Source: Oscillospiraceae bacterium (GTDB lineage: Bacteria; Bacillota; Clostridia; Oscillospirales; CAG-272). From it: 64,000 bases of DNA. The stretch's first letter is position 1; each line of letters starts with the position of its first letter. The position numbers and the translations under genes are program-made. Under the pieces are notes generated by a model. That model saw only the letters and a program-made list of their open reading frames with translations, had not been told where the DNA came from and made no database searches. Shown here one piece after another: positions 1 through 8,107 of this stretch. The stretch covers positions 1,528 through 65,527 of the forward strand of contig SVSX01000004.1 of assembly GCA_015064085.1 (NCBI GenBank), given 5' to 3'.

Positions 1-408
1 ATACCGCTTTGCTCTTTCTCCTCTTACCACCGCCGCGAAAAGGAGGAAAACAAGACCCGCGCTGATCGCCTGAAGCGCCGAAAGTCCAAACCACGCTACG
101 ATCACTACCGCAAGTGCCGAGCCCTTAGTCATTCCGTCTATGAAATCAAGGGGATAAAGGTTAACAAACCAATGGAAATTGACAAAGAAGTAGCAGTAAA
201 AGAAGAAAAATCCGTATCCGTAAAGACCTCTCTTTTTAACGCTCTCGTCCTCGCATATGCCGATTATGGCAATTATCGAGGGGATAAGAGATATCCACGA
301 GATAAATCCAAGCTCGGGATATACGAGAGTTACTCCCGTAAGAAGCGCTCCGAGAGCAAGAAGCAACAGTCTCATTCTTCTGCTTTGCGGCGGTTTTATA
401 GAATTTAA
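1..408 (+). CDS. 3' end of a hypothetical, very basic protein (5' end outside window)
   Basis: Frame 1 is open from nt 1 to the stop at 406-408. The track ORF 172..408 is only the part after an internal Met. Lys/Arg-rich low-complexity sequence (RREKEENKTRADRLKRRKSKPRY...). No family recognised. Confidence 0.35.
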   Translation: MPLCSFSSYHRREKEENKTRADRLKRRKSKPRYDHYRKCRALSHSVYEIKGIKVNKPMEIDKEVAVKEEKSVSVKTSLFNALVLAYADYGNYRGDKRYPRDKSKLGIYESYSRKKRSESKKQQSHSSALRRFYRI

Positions 409-416
409 AATCTGTT

Positions 417-1385
417 TCATAGGTTCTCCTTAATATCCCTTATAAACCAGATGTCGTTCTTGTTTATCATAAAGCATTTACCCGTGAGGTATGAAAGAAG
501 ATCATCACTGTCATCGGGAAGAAATTTAAGCTTATAAGCGTAAAGGGCTTGATATTTATATCCCCTCTGCTTTTCTTCTCTGTTTATTCCATACTTACCG
601 TCACCGAGAAGAGGATGACCGATATGTGCCATATGCGCTCTTATCTGGTGGGTACGACCCGTTATCAGCTCAACCTCAAGCAGCGAGTCCTTCCCCACTG
701 TTCTTTGCACATTATATGCGGTGATTATTTCCTTAGCGCCGCTGAATTTCTCGTCGCGTACCGTCACGGTGTTATTCGCGCTGTCCTTTCTGAGATAGGC
801 ATACATAGTATCGCTTTTCTTCTTTGGAACACCGTGAACGAGACAAAGATAAAACTTTCTTATCTTGTTATTTCGGATCTTCTCATTCATAACACGAAGG
901 GCTTCGGCGTTTTTTGCCGCAATAACGATACCGCCCGTATTTCTGTCTATTCTGTTGCAAAGCGCGGGGGCAAAGGAATTCTCGGCATCGGGATCGTATT
1001 CCCCCTTTGCCACAAGGTAAGCCTTTATATGCATAATAAGGGTATTCTCCTTAGCCTCGCTGTCCTCGTGGACAAGAACACCCGGACGCTTATTGAGAAG
1101 CATTATATTTTCGTCCTCATAGACTATATCAAGCTTCGGTATTATTCTGGTAAGCGCTCCCTTGTCCCCTTCGGGAGAGTCAAAGAACTCGTCTCTGATG
1201 AAGAGCTGAATAACGTCGCCCTCGGAGAGAAAATAGTTCTGGACTGTCCTCTGCCTGTTAACCTTGATCTTCTTGGTCCTTATATACTTATACATCAACG
1301 ATTGAGGAAGCCCCTTTACAGCCTTGCTAAGGAATTTGTCCAGCCTTTGTCCAGCGTCGTTGCGGTTTATCACAAATTCTTTCAT
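417..1385 (-). CDS. RluA-family (RluC/RluD-type) rRNA pseudouridine synthase with N-terminal S4-like domain
   Basis: S4-like N-terminus (RLDKFLSKAV...IKVN). Catalytic-loop motif NRIDRNTGGIVIAAK (HRLDxxTSG type). C-terminal TGRTHQIRAHMAHIGHPLLGDGKYG. Confidence 0.9.
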   Translation of the reverse strand: MKEFVINRNDAGQRLDKFLSKAVKGLPQSLMYKYIRTKKIKVNRQRTVQNYFLSEGDVIQLFIRDEFFDSPEGDKGALTRIIPKLDIVYEDENIMLLNKRPGVLVHEDSEAKENTLIMHIKAYLVAKGEYDPDAENSFAPALCNRIDRNTGGIVIAAKNAEALRVMNEKIRNNKIRKFYLCLVHGVPKKKSDTMYAYLRKDSANNTVTVRDEKFSGAKEIITAYNVQRTVGKDSLLEVELITGRTHQIRAHMAHIGHPLLGDGKYGINREEKQRGYKYQALYAYKLKFLPDDSDDLLSYLTGKCFMINKNDIWFIRDIKENL

Positions 1386-1453
1386 TATAAAATCAGGGCT
1401 GCCACGTAAGCAGCAGCCCCATTCCTCTCATATCGATACAGCTTCAAAGAAAA

Positions 1454-2083
1454 TTAAAGTGTGCCGAAGATTCTGTCTCCCGCGTCGCCAAGACCGGGAA
1501 CGATATAAGCGTGCTCATTGAGGCATTCGTCAAGAGCAGCGGTATAGATATCAACGTCAGGATGATCCTCCTGAACCTTCTTTACTCCCTCGGGAGAAGA
1601 AACGAGACACATAAATCGAATATGCTTACAGCCTCTCTCCTTAAGCATAGTGAGAGCATCGGAAGCCGATCCTCCCGTTGCAAGCATCGGGTCAACAAGA
1701 ATTACTATTCTTTCCTCAATGTCAAGAGGAAGCTTGCAGTAGTATTCAACGGGCTTGTGAGTTTCGGGGTCTCTGTAAAGTCCGATATGACCCACCTTTG
1801 CGACGGGCACAAGGCTCTGAAGTCCCTCAACCATTCCAAGACCCGCGCGCAGGATCGGAACAATAGCAAGCTTCTTACCCGAAACGATCTTTGCCGTCAT
1901 CTTTGTGAGAGGAGTCTCTATCACAACATCCTTAAGGGGAAGATCTCGGGTGAGCTCGTATCCCATAAGCATAGAGATCTCATTAAGAAGCTCTCTAAAA
2001 TCCTTAGAGCCTGTCTTTTTATTTCTCATAATAGTGAGCTTATGAGTTATAAGTGGGTGGTCGATTATGTGAAGTTCGCTCAT
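1454..2083 (-). CDS. upp: uracil phosphoribosyltransferase
   Basis: 209 aa. PRPP-binding [11 protein letters not shown] and C-terminal [16 protein letters not shown], both typical of Upp. Confidence 0.95.
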   Translation of the reverse strand: MSELHIIDHPLITHKLTIMRNKKTGSKDFRELLNEISMLMGYELTRDLPLKDVVIETPLTKMTAKIVSGKKLAIVPILRAGLGMVEGLQSLVPVAKVGHIGLYRDPETHKPVEYYCKLPLDIEERIVILVDPMLATGGSASDALTMLKERGCKHIRFMCLVSSPEGVKKVQEDHPDVDIYTAALDECLNEHAYIVPGLGDAGDRIFGTL

Positions 2084-2115
2084 ATCAATTCTCCTTTTAA
2101 AATTGTCTTTCCTAT

Positions 2116-2144
2116 ATTATAATCCTTTTTTCGTTATTTTTCAA
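2116..2144 (-). promoter_or_regulatory. sigma-A type promoter for upp
   Basis: Minus strand reads TTGAAA (2144..2139), a 17-nt spacer, then TATAAT (2121..2116). An AAAGGAG RBS lies before the upp ATG. Confidence 0.55.
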
Positions 2145-2197
2145 GTACATTTTATAATTCTTTAACTATTTTCGAATATTTTCTTAAAAAAGAATTA

Positions 2198-2226
2198 TTT
2201 ACAAAAGGCCGCAAATGTGATATTAT
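2198..2226 (+). promoter_or_regulatory. sigma-A type promoter for mtaB
   Basis: TTTACA (2198-2203), a 17-nt spacer, then TATTAT (2221-2226). This places the track start codon at 2217 inside the promoter. Confidence 0.45.
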
Positions 2227-2264
2227 ATTGTTATAAACAAAAAATTAAGGAACGGTACTGCAAA

Positions 2265-3587
2265 TTGACCTTCAATATTTCCCCCACCGTGGGCATATAT
2301 ACTCTCGGCTGCAAGGTAAATCAATATGAGTCCGAGGCTATCTCGGAACTCTTCGCGGCATCGGGAATTCTTCCCCATTCTCCCTCGGACGTCTGTGACA
2401 TATACGTCATCAATACCTGCACTGTAACTGCCGAGTCTGACAGAAAGGCTTGTCAGTTCATTCGCCGTGCCATACAGAAAAACCCCTCTGCTTACGTACT
2501 CGTGACAGGCTGTCTGGCTCAGGTCGATGCCGAACGCATTGCAAAAATAGAGGGCGTTGATTATATTTCGGGAAATTCGGGCAAGCTTTCTGTAGTAAAA
2601 GCGGCTCTCGGTCTTCTCGAACGCGGAGAAAAAAATATCACTCCCGAAATATGCGTCGACGACATAAATTCCGCGCCCTTTGAAAGGATGAGCATAAACA
2701 AATTCGAGCGCACCCGCGCTTACGTTAAAATCGAGGACGGCTGTGAAAGCAAATGCGCCTACTGTATCATTCCCTCGGCAAGAGGAATGATCCGATCAAA
2801 GCCCCTTGATGAGGTCGTAAAGGAGGTCACACAGCTGGTTCGTGGCGGATGCCTCGAGGTAGTGCTTACGGGAATCGAGACGGCATCCTACGGTCACGAT
2901 CTTGAAAATACAGACCTCGCCACCCTCCTTTGTGAAATAGACAAGATAGAGGGTCTGAGGCGAATAAGGCTTGGATCTCTTGATCCATCACTGATAAAGC
3001 CCGATTTTGTAAAGATGATCTCCTCACTGAAAAAGCTCACCCCCCATTTTCACCTTTCGCTGCAGAGCGGAAGCAGCCGAGTTTTGGCGCTGATGAGAAG
3101 GAAATACAATGCCGATATGGCGATGAATGCCATAGAGCTTCTCCGAGAGAACATTCCGGATGCAAAATTCACCACCGACGTTATCGTCGGCTTTCCCGGA
3201 GAGAGCGAGGAGGATTTTCTTGAAACGGTTGAGTTCGCAAGAAACGCAGGTTTTCTTATGATGCATATATTCCCATACTCCAAGAGAGCGGGAACGGTCG
3301 CGGCTTCTATGCAGGGGCAAGTTCCGTCGGAGATAAAAAAGCGAAGAGCCGCCGAGCTATCCTGCGTAGCCAAGGAGATCCGCGCAAAGCTTCTCTCAGA
3401 GGTTGTTGCCGACACACCTATACGCGACGTGCTCTTTGAAAGCTATGAAAACGGCGTGTCTTACGGTCACACAGCGGATTTTCTTGAGGTCGCCGTAGAA
3501 TCGCCCGAGCCGATCCATTCGGTATTCAGAAAGGTAAAAATAACACACACGGACGGAAATACCTGCTACGGAAGCTTTGAAAATTAA
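2265..3587 (+). CDS. mtaB: tRNA t6A37 methylthiotransferase MtaB (MiaB-like radical SAM)
   Basis: YTLGCKVNQYES N-terminal UPF0004 motif, radical-SAM CESKCAYCIIP, TRAM-like C-terminus. The track ORF begins at GTG 2217, but that lies within the predicted promoter. The in-frame TTG at 2265 (AAGGAA upstream) is my preferred start, and the start remains uncertain. Confidence 0.85.
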   Translation: MTFNISPTVGIYTLGCKVNQYESEAISELFAASGILPHSPSDVCDIYVINTCTVTAESDRKACQFIRRAIQKNPSAYVLVTGCLAQVDAERIAKIEGVDYISGNSGKLSVVKAALGLLERGEKNITPEICVDDINSAPFERMSINKFERTRAYVKIEDGCESKCAYCIIPSARGMIRSKPLDEVVKEVTQLVRGGCLEVVLTGIETASYGHDLENTDLATLLCEIDKIEGLRRIRLGSLDPSLIKPDFVKMISSLKKLTPHFHLSLQSGSSRVLALMRRKYNADMAMNAIELLRENIPDAKFTTDVIVGFPGESEEDFLETVEFARNAGFLMMHIFPYSKRAGTVAASMQGQVPSEIKKRRAAELSCVAKEIRAKLLSEVVADTPIRDVLFESYENGVSYGHTADFLEVAVESPEPIHSVFRKVKITHTDGNTCYGSFEN

Positions 3588-3589
3588 TT

Positions 3590-5140
3590 TTGATAACGGA
3601 CGGTAATTTTATGTTAAAACCTATTTCACCGCGCGGAAAGATCATAAATTTCAGAACCTACAGCGAGGAAGCGCTTCGCTCTATGAAAAGCTCCCTCGGC
3701 ATTTATATGTCTGTATCGGATCTGGAATTCATAAAAAAGCACTATACTTCAAAAGCCTCACCCGAGCTGACAACAGATGAGCTCTTTCTTCTTGACAGAA
3801 TAATTGAGAGCTCAAGGTCGTTAGCCGCAAATACGGCTGTAAACGAGCTTTTGACCTCTTCCGCCGATATTATTTCAACCTATAACGATATGATCTCAAA
3901 ATATACTCTGAAAAGAGGCAGCCTCGGCAAGCCGTTGTCTATAAAGGATGCGGCATCGGTAGCCTCTGAATATATGGAGCGCATAGGTCTCGCGCCAAGT
4001 CGTGACTGCGAATGTGGAGATACTGAGAAAGAAAGATCCAAGGTCGAGCCCGAAACGGCTATTGCTATTCTTTTACCGAATACCGATCCGGTTGAAGCGG
4101 AGTCGGCAGTGACCGACCTTCTCTCTTCGGAATGCGGCAAAAACATTCTTGCGGTGAGAAAGATATCCGAATACGGTATAGCCCACGCCCTCTCCTCCCT
4201 TTCGATGGGTATTTACACCGACGTCACGGTTATAAGAGACTATACCGAGGAGCTCGGTATTGAGTTTCTTTTAAGCGGAAGCATAGGAAAATATCTCATT
4301 GCCTTCAATAAACAACACCTTGACGAGCTGACAAGCGCCGCGGCGCTTCGCTCATTTACTCTCACATATTTTGCAAAGTCGACCGCAGGCGATTGCTTGA
4401 TACAGAAGGAATATCCCGAGATCTCTCTGAACCTTCCCACGGCGCTTATCGAAGAAATTTCCTCCTCACTGACAGCCGCTTCCTTCGACCTTACAAATAC
4501 CGAAAAAGACGAAAAGATCTATAATAGCGCGATGCTCTCTGTGACCGATGCGCTCACAGACGCGATAGCGCAAGGCTACTCTCGAGAGGACGTCACGTTA
4601 TTTAACAGATATATCCTCCCAAAGAACGCAACCCCTGAAGGACTCGGAGAGTCACTTGCCGCTATTCTCGGTGTATATCGCGCGACCGTTGAGCTTTGTG
4701 TAGCCGAGGATCACAGCGTGGAATTTGCAGAGACCGAGACAGTTGTCCTATCGTCGACCGCAAAAAGATCCGAGGCAGCTCTGCCGATATCCGACACTGT
4801 TACAGAGTCGGGAACAAAGCTTTATCTGCTATCTTATACTCAGGACGAGAGGGGGCTTCCCGAATATAAAAGCCTCAGAGCTATGTGGAGCTACCTCGAG
4901 AAGCTTTTCAAAAGCTGTGATGTCAGATATTCAAGAAGGGTCGACGGCAACGTTGGAAAAGAGCTTGAGCTTATGAAGGGTGATCTTTCCCTTTCCCTTA
5001 CCGACGACGGTGAGGAGCTATATTCAAGAAAGCTCAAGGGTATTATCGTGGGGGCGAACGTGGATATCAAACACGGAATCCTGCTCGGCATCTCAGAATC
5101 AAAGGAAACTCAGACATCCGAGGTCGATAACATTCCTTGA
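3590..5140 (+). CDS. hypothetical protein with degenerate PurL/AIR-synthase-like (PurM superfamily) features
   Basis: 516-aa ORF immediately after mtaB, with an alternative ATG at 3611. The N-terminus resembles the PurL linker (SDLEFIKKHY...PELTTDELFLLDRIIESS). A later segment (DALTDAIAQGYSREDVTLFNRYILPKNATPEGLGESLAAILGVYRATVELCV) resembles the PurL/PurM dimer-interface and active-site region, but the usual catalytic residues are not evident. Confidence 0.35.
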   Translation: MITDGNFMLKPISPRGKIINFRTYSEEALRSMKSSLGIYMSVSDLEFIKKHYTSKASPELTTDELFLLDRIIESSRSLAANTAVNELLTSSADIISTYNDMISKYTLKRGSLGKPLSIKDAASVASEYMERIGLAPSRDCECGDTEKERSKVEPETAIAILLPNTDPVEAESAVTDLLSSECGKNILAVRKISEYGIAHALSSLSMGIYTDVTVIRDYTEELGIEFLLSGSIGKYLIAFNKQHLDELTSAAALRSFTLTYFAKSTAGDCLIQKEYPEISLNLPTALIEEISSSLTAASFDLTNTEKDEKIYNSAMLSVTDALTDAIAQGYSREDVTLFNRYILPKNATPEGLGESLAAILGVYRATVELCVAEDHSVEFAETETVVLSSTAKRSEAALPISDTVTESGTKLYLLSYTQDERGLPEYKSLRAMWSYLEKLFKSCDVRYSRRVDGNVGKELELMKGDLSLSLTDDGEELYSRKLKGIIVGANVDIKHGILLGISESKETQTSEVDNIP

Positions 5141-5194
5141 TAGCCCCTTTTCGATCAAATACAGAAAAATTTTTTAAAAAAATCAAAAAAACAC

Positions 5195-5223
5195 TTGCAT
5201 TTTAAAATGCTTTGTGGTATAAT
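5195..5223 (+). promoter_or_regulatory. extended -10 sigma-A promoter for rpmB
   Basis: TTGCAT (5195-5200), a 17-nt spacer ending in TGG, then TATAAT (5218-5223). Confidence 0.6.
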
Positions 5224-5290
5224 GTGAAATGTTCTATGATTTCTATAAATATTATATAGATGCACGACAGTGCATTGAGGAGGTGTCAAT

Positions 5291-5476
5291 ATGGCAAAAT
5301 GCAGTATTTGCGGAAAGGGTGTTGTTTTCGGTCAGGCTGTTTCACACTCGCACCGTAAGACAAACAGAACTTGGAAGCCTAACATTCGCAAGGTAAGAGC
5401 AATTGTTGACGGAACGCCTAAGACCGTTGCCGTATGTTCTCGTTGCCTTCGTTCTGGCAAGGTTAACCGTGCTTAA
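5291..5476 (+). CDS. rpmB: 50S ribosomal protein L28
   Basis: 61 aa. MAKCSICGKG...SHSHRKTNRTWKPNIRKVR is canonical L28. GAGGAGG RBS. Confidence 0.97.
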   Translation: MAKCSICGKGVVFGQAVSHSHRKTNRTWKPNIRKVRAIVDGTPKTVAVCSRCLRSGKVNRA

Positions 5477-5506
5477 TTAATTGCGCAAGCAAACAAAGCA
5501 ACAATA

Positions 5507-5544
5507 AAGGTGCTGTCTCAAATTCAAATTTGAGACAGCACCTT
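5507..5544 (+). terminator. intrinsic terminator of rpmB; member of the GCTGTCTCAAAT hairpin family
   Basis: AAGGTGCTGTCTCAAATT..AATTTGAGACAGCACCTT followed by TTTTT. Confidence 0.8.
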
Positions 5545-5577
5545 TTTATGGGAAAGTCATTTTTTATGAGGTAGGAT

Positions 5578-6288
5578 ATGATAAACAAGGTCGTGATCGA
5601 CTCTAAAGCGCCAAAGGAAATACGGGACACACTCAAGGACTTGGGATTTGAGGCAATAATTCTTCCGCCCTCGCCTTCTCTTCCCGCCGCAACCTCTTCT
5701 CACCCCGATATGCTTTTATTTTTTGGAGACAAGTGTTTTTTCTGCACAGAGGAATATTCGCGCATCGCGGAAAAAGAGCTTTCGCTCATTGAGTCGTCTG
5801 GATACAGAAGGATAACAGTCTCAGAAAAGCTCGGCGAAAAATACCCCCACGACGTACTCTTAAACGCACTTCTTTTAGGCGGTAAGCTATATTGCAAAGA
5901 GGACGCCGTATCAAGAGAAATAGTTAAATACGCAAAAGAAAAGGAGATAGCCATTCGCCACATAAAGCAAGGTTACGCAAAATGCTCTGTCTGCCCCGTG
6001 GGCGATGAGGGAGCGATCACCTCGGATCCCTCTCTCGCTAATGCCCTTTCACGTGACGGCATCGACGTGTTGAGGATCTCCGCGGGAGGGATACTACTGC
6101 CTCCGTACGACACGGGATTTATCGGCGGATGCTCGGGAGCGCGCGGCGACACGATATATTTCTCGGGAAATATCGAACTCCATCCCGATTGCGAACGGAT
6201 AAAAAACTTCTGTCTTGATCACAAGATGAATATATTCTCACTTTCGGTGCATCAGCTTTTCGACATTGGAACTCTCTTCTTTATATAG
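5578..6288 (+). CDS. conserved hypothetical protein (possibly the clostridial DUF6873-type family; name from memory only)
   Basis: 236-aa ORF with an AGGTAGGA RBS-like sequence and coding-like composition. Motifs SHPDMLLFF and GFIGGCSG. No confident family assignment. Confidence 0.5.
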   Translation: MINKVVIDSKAPKEIRDTLKDLGFEAIILPPSPSLPAATSSHPDMLLFFGDKCFFCTEEYSRIAEKELSLIESSGYRRITVSEKLGEKYPHDVLLNALLLGGKLYCKEDAVSREIVKYAKEKEIAIRHIKQGYAKCSVCPVGDEGAITSDPSLANALSRDGIDVLRISAGGILLPPYDTGFIGGCSGARGDTIYFSGNIELHPDCERIKNFCLDHKMNIFSLSVHQLFDIGTLFFI

Positions 6289-7314
6289 TCAATTATTGCT
6301 ATGATTTGCTGTACCGAGCACAGTCGAAACTGCTGCCTCAGCCTCCGCATCACAAAATGACAGCTCGCTAACGGCACGGCAAAGTCCGCGTTTCATTATT
6401 TTATCAACTACCTCGAAAAGCAGATCATTGCTTCTCGAGCCATACAGCTTCAGCTTGCCTACGGGATAGACCGTGGCAAGCTTTTTTATTGCTTCTGCCA
6501 GAGAAATCGAGGTGTCACACGGTCTGTATCCGATACCGCAAAGGATCTCCGTCTCCCCGTCGCCGTTCTCTCTGACTCCGCATATATGCTCAGCGGCACA
6601 TCCGACGCAATCTGAAGAGCATACAATATACGCTATCGGCATAACTCCGCGCCCAAGTAGATAATTCACAAGCAGCTCGACGTTTTCCATATTATCCTCA
6701 ACGTAAAGTGTAAGACAAATATTGCTATCTTTAAAATGCTCACAGAATTTATACAGCACTCCGCAGAGAAGAAGATCTTTGTCGTATTCCCTGCCCGAAA
6801 GAAAGTCCAGATAAGCTTTTTCGGTATGATACGGGTCGCTTCTCTTGAATTCAAGAGAGGAGATATCCACAAGAATATTTTTTCCGCTCATGGAAAAGAT
6901 CCTTGAGAGATACTCCTTAAAGCTTTCCGTACTTATCGGCTCGGGAAATATGTTAGCATCGCTTTTTCTACCGCTTTCGGAAAGATCACCCGAGGATATT
7001 TCCTCGGTAAGCTCTCTCCAAAGGCTGATCGGATCATCTTGTCGACGCTCACCGAGCATTTCGCAAATATATTCGTAGAGCCCGCTGCCTACCGCAAGAT
7101 GAAGACCACCAAGAAGGGTCGAAAATCTTTCAAAGTCGGACATTTTTTTGGTTTCGCTCTCCGATATTCCAAAGATTTTTTGAAAGAAATCTTTGTTGTC
7201 TTTGTGAAAAATAAGCTGTGCGGGGTTTGTAACAGGTCTGTCACGTTCTTCGGCGATCGACACTATATTTCCAAGCCCCAGGCTTCGCTCAAAAAGTCCT
7301 CTTTCATTTACCAT
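6289..7314 (-). CDS. hypothetical Cys-rich protein
   Basis: 341-aa ORF with a consensus promoter and an AAAGGAGGAG RBS. Cys cluster VCSSDCVGCAAEHICG...CGIGYRPC. No family recognised. Confidence 0.6.
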   Translation of the reverse strand: MVNERGLFERSLGLGNIVSIAEERDRPVTNPAQLIFHKDNKDFFQKIFGISESETKKMSDFERFSTLLGGLHLAVGSGLYEYICEMLGERRQDDPISLWRELTEEISSGDLSESGRKSDANIFPEPISTESFKEYLSRIFSMSGKNILVDISSLEFKRSDPYHTEKAYLDFLSGREYDKDLLLCGVLYKFCEHFKDSNICLTLYVEDNMENVELLVNYLLGRGVMPIAYIVCSSDCVGCAAEHICGVRENGDGETEILCGIGYRPCDTSISLAEAIKKLATVYPVGKLKLYGSRSNDLLFEVVDKIMKRGLCRAVSELSFCDAEAEAAVSTVLGTANHSNN

Positions 7315-7344
7315 AACTGCTCCTCCTTTGAAATCACTACTGAC

Positions 7345-7373
7345 ATTATAGCAGATACCGCACTTTTTTTCAA
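7345..7373 (-). promoter_or_regulatory. sigma-A promoter of the 341-aa hypothetical gene
   Basis: Minus strand reads TTGAAA (7373..7368), a 17-nt spacer, then TATAAT (7350..7345). A 10-bp inverted repeat, TATAGCAGAT (7347-7356) and ATCTGCTATA (7379-7388), brackets it. Confidence 0.6.
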
Positions 7374-7474
7374 GAAAAATCTGCTATAGCGGAACATTTT
7401 TTTGATAAAACTATAGACTTTAAGTGGCAACTGTGGTATAATATAATGTAATTTTATTTTTTGGCGGTGAAATC

Positions 7475-8089
7475 TTGAAAATATTATCATTATGCCCCGC
7501 TTCTTTTGCGTCAAACTGCTACGCCCTTATCTCGGGCGACCGCGCCCTTGTGGTCGATCCCTCGATATCCTGCGAAGCTATTATGAACGCTGTAGCGGCG
7601 GAGGGGGCTGTCATTGACGGAATTATCCTCACTCACGGTCATTTCGACCACATTATTTCTGTTGATACCCTGCGAAAGAATGCCTGCGCCCCTGTTATGA
7701 TCCACAAGGAGGATGCGGAGATGCTGGGAGACGGTCACAAAAATGCCTTCTTCACCTTTTTCGGTAGAGATATGGCTTATGCCCCCGCAGATAAACTGCT
7801 TTCCGATGGCGACAAAATAAAGGTCGGAGAGGAGGAGCTTGAGGTAATCCACACCCCCGGACACTCAAAGGGCTCGGTGTGCTACCTTGTGGGTAACATT
7901 ATGATCACGGGAGATACACTTTTCTCCGACAACGTGGGAAGATGCGATCTCTACGGTGGAAGCGACTCGCTTCTTCGCGACTCGCTTTCAAAGCTTTCAG
8001 GCTATGATCCGAAAATAAAGATATATCCCGGTCACGGTCAGTCGGCGTTGCTTCGCGATGCTCTTGACAACGTTGCCTATTTCAGATAA
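7475..8089 (+). CDS. MBL-fold metallo-hydrolase (glyoxalase II-like)
   Basis: ILTHGHFDH metal-binding motif, later HTPGHS and PGHG. TTG start. TGGTATAAT extended -10 upstream at about 7425-7433. Confidence 0.85.
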   Translation: MKILSLCPASFASNCYALISGDRALVVDPSISCEAIMNAVAAEGAVIDGIILTHGHFDHIISVDTLRKNACAPVMIHKEDAEMLGDGHKNAFFTFFGRDMAYAPADKLLSDGDKIKVGEEELEVIHTPGHSKGSVCYLVGNIMITGDTLFSDNVGRCDLYGGSDSLLRDSLSKLSGYDPKIKIYPGHGQSALLRDALDNVAYFR

Positions 8090-8107
8090 AGACGAAAGGA
8101 ACAAAAA

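Noticed and set aside
172-408. 78-aa ORF treated as a stand-alone small gene
   Set aside because: The same frame is open back to nt 1. It is more likely the C-terminal part of a longer gene that starts outside the window, so it is reported as a partial CDS with low confidence.
549-1409. 286-aa plus-strand ORF
   Set aside because: It is entirely antisense to the well-supported RluA-family gene (417-1385). It has no RBS, an odd composition and no recognisable motifs, so it is a shadow ORF.
2217-2264. GTG start of the mtaB track ORF, and likewise the TTG start of the LuxR ORF at 51487 and the proS start at 21771
   Set aside because: - The mtaB GTG at 2217 lies in the spacer of the predicted promoter, so it is upstream of the predicted transcription start.
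- The LuxR TTG at 51487 is the TTGACA -35 hexamer itself.
- The proS start at 21771 lies in the promoter spacer, between the -35 and -10 hexamers.
- All three N-terminal extensions are non-homologous, so downstream starts with an RBS are preferred.
6286-6291. Convergent genes with zero intergenic spacing (also at 18520/18524), considered as possible annotation error or gene fusion
   Set aside because: The ORFs in each pair have independent RBS and promoter evidence or clear homology. Abutting convergent stops are unusual, but they are compatible with terminators located inside the neighbouring coding sequence. There is nothing further to test from sequence alone.
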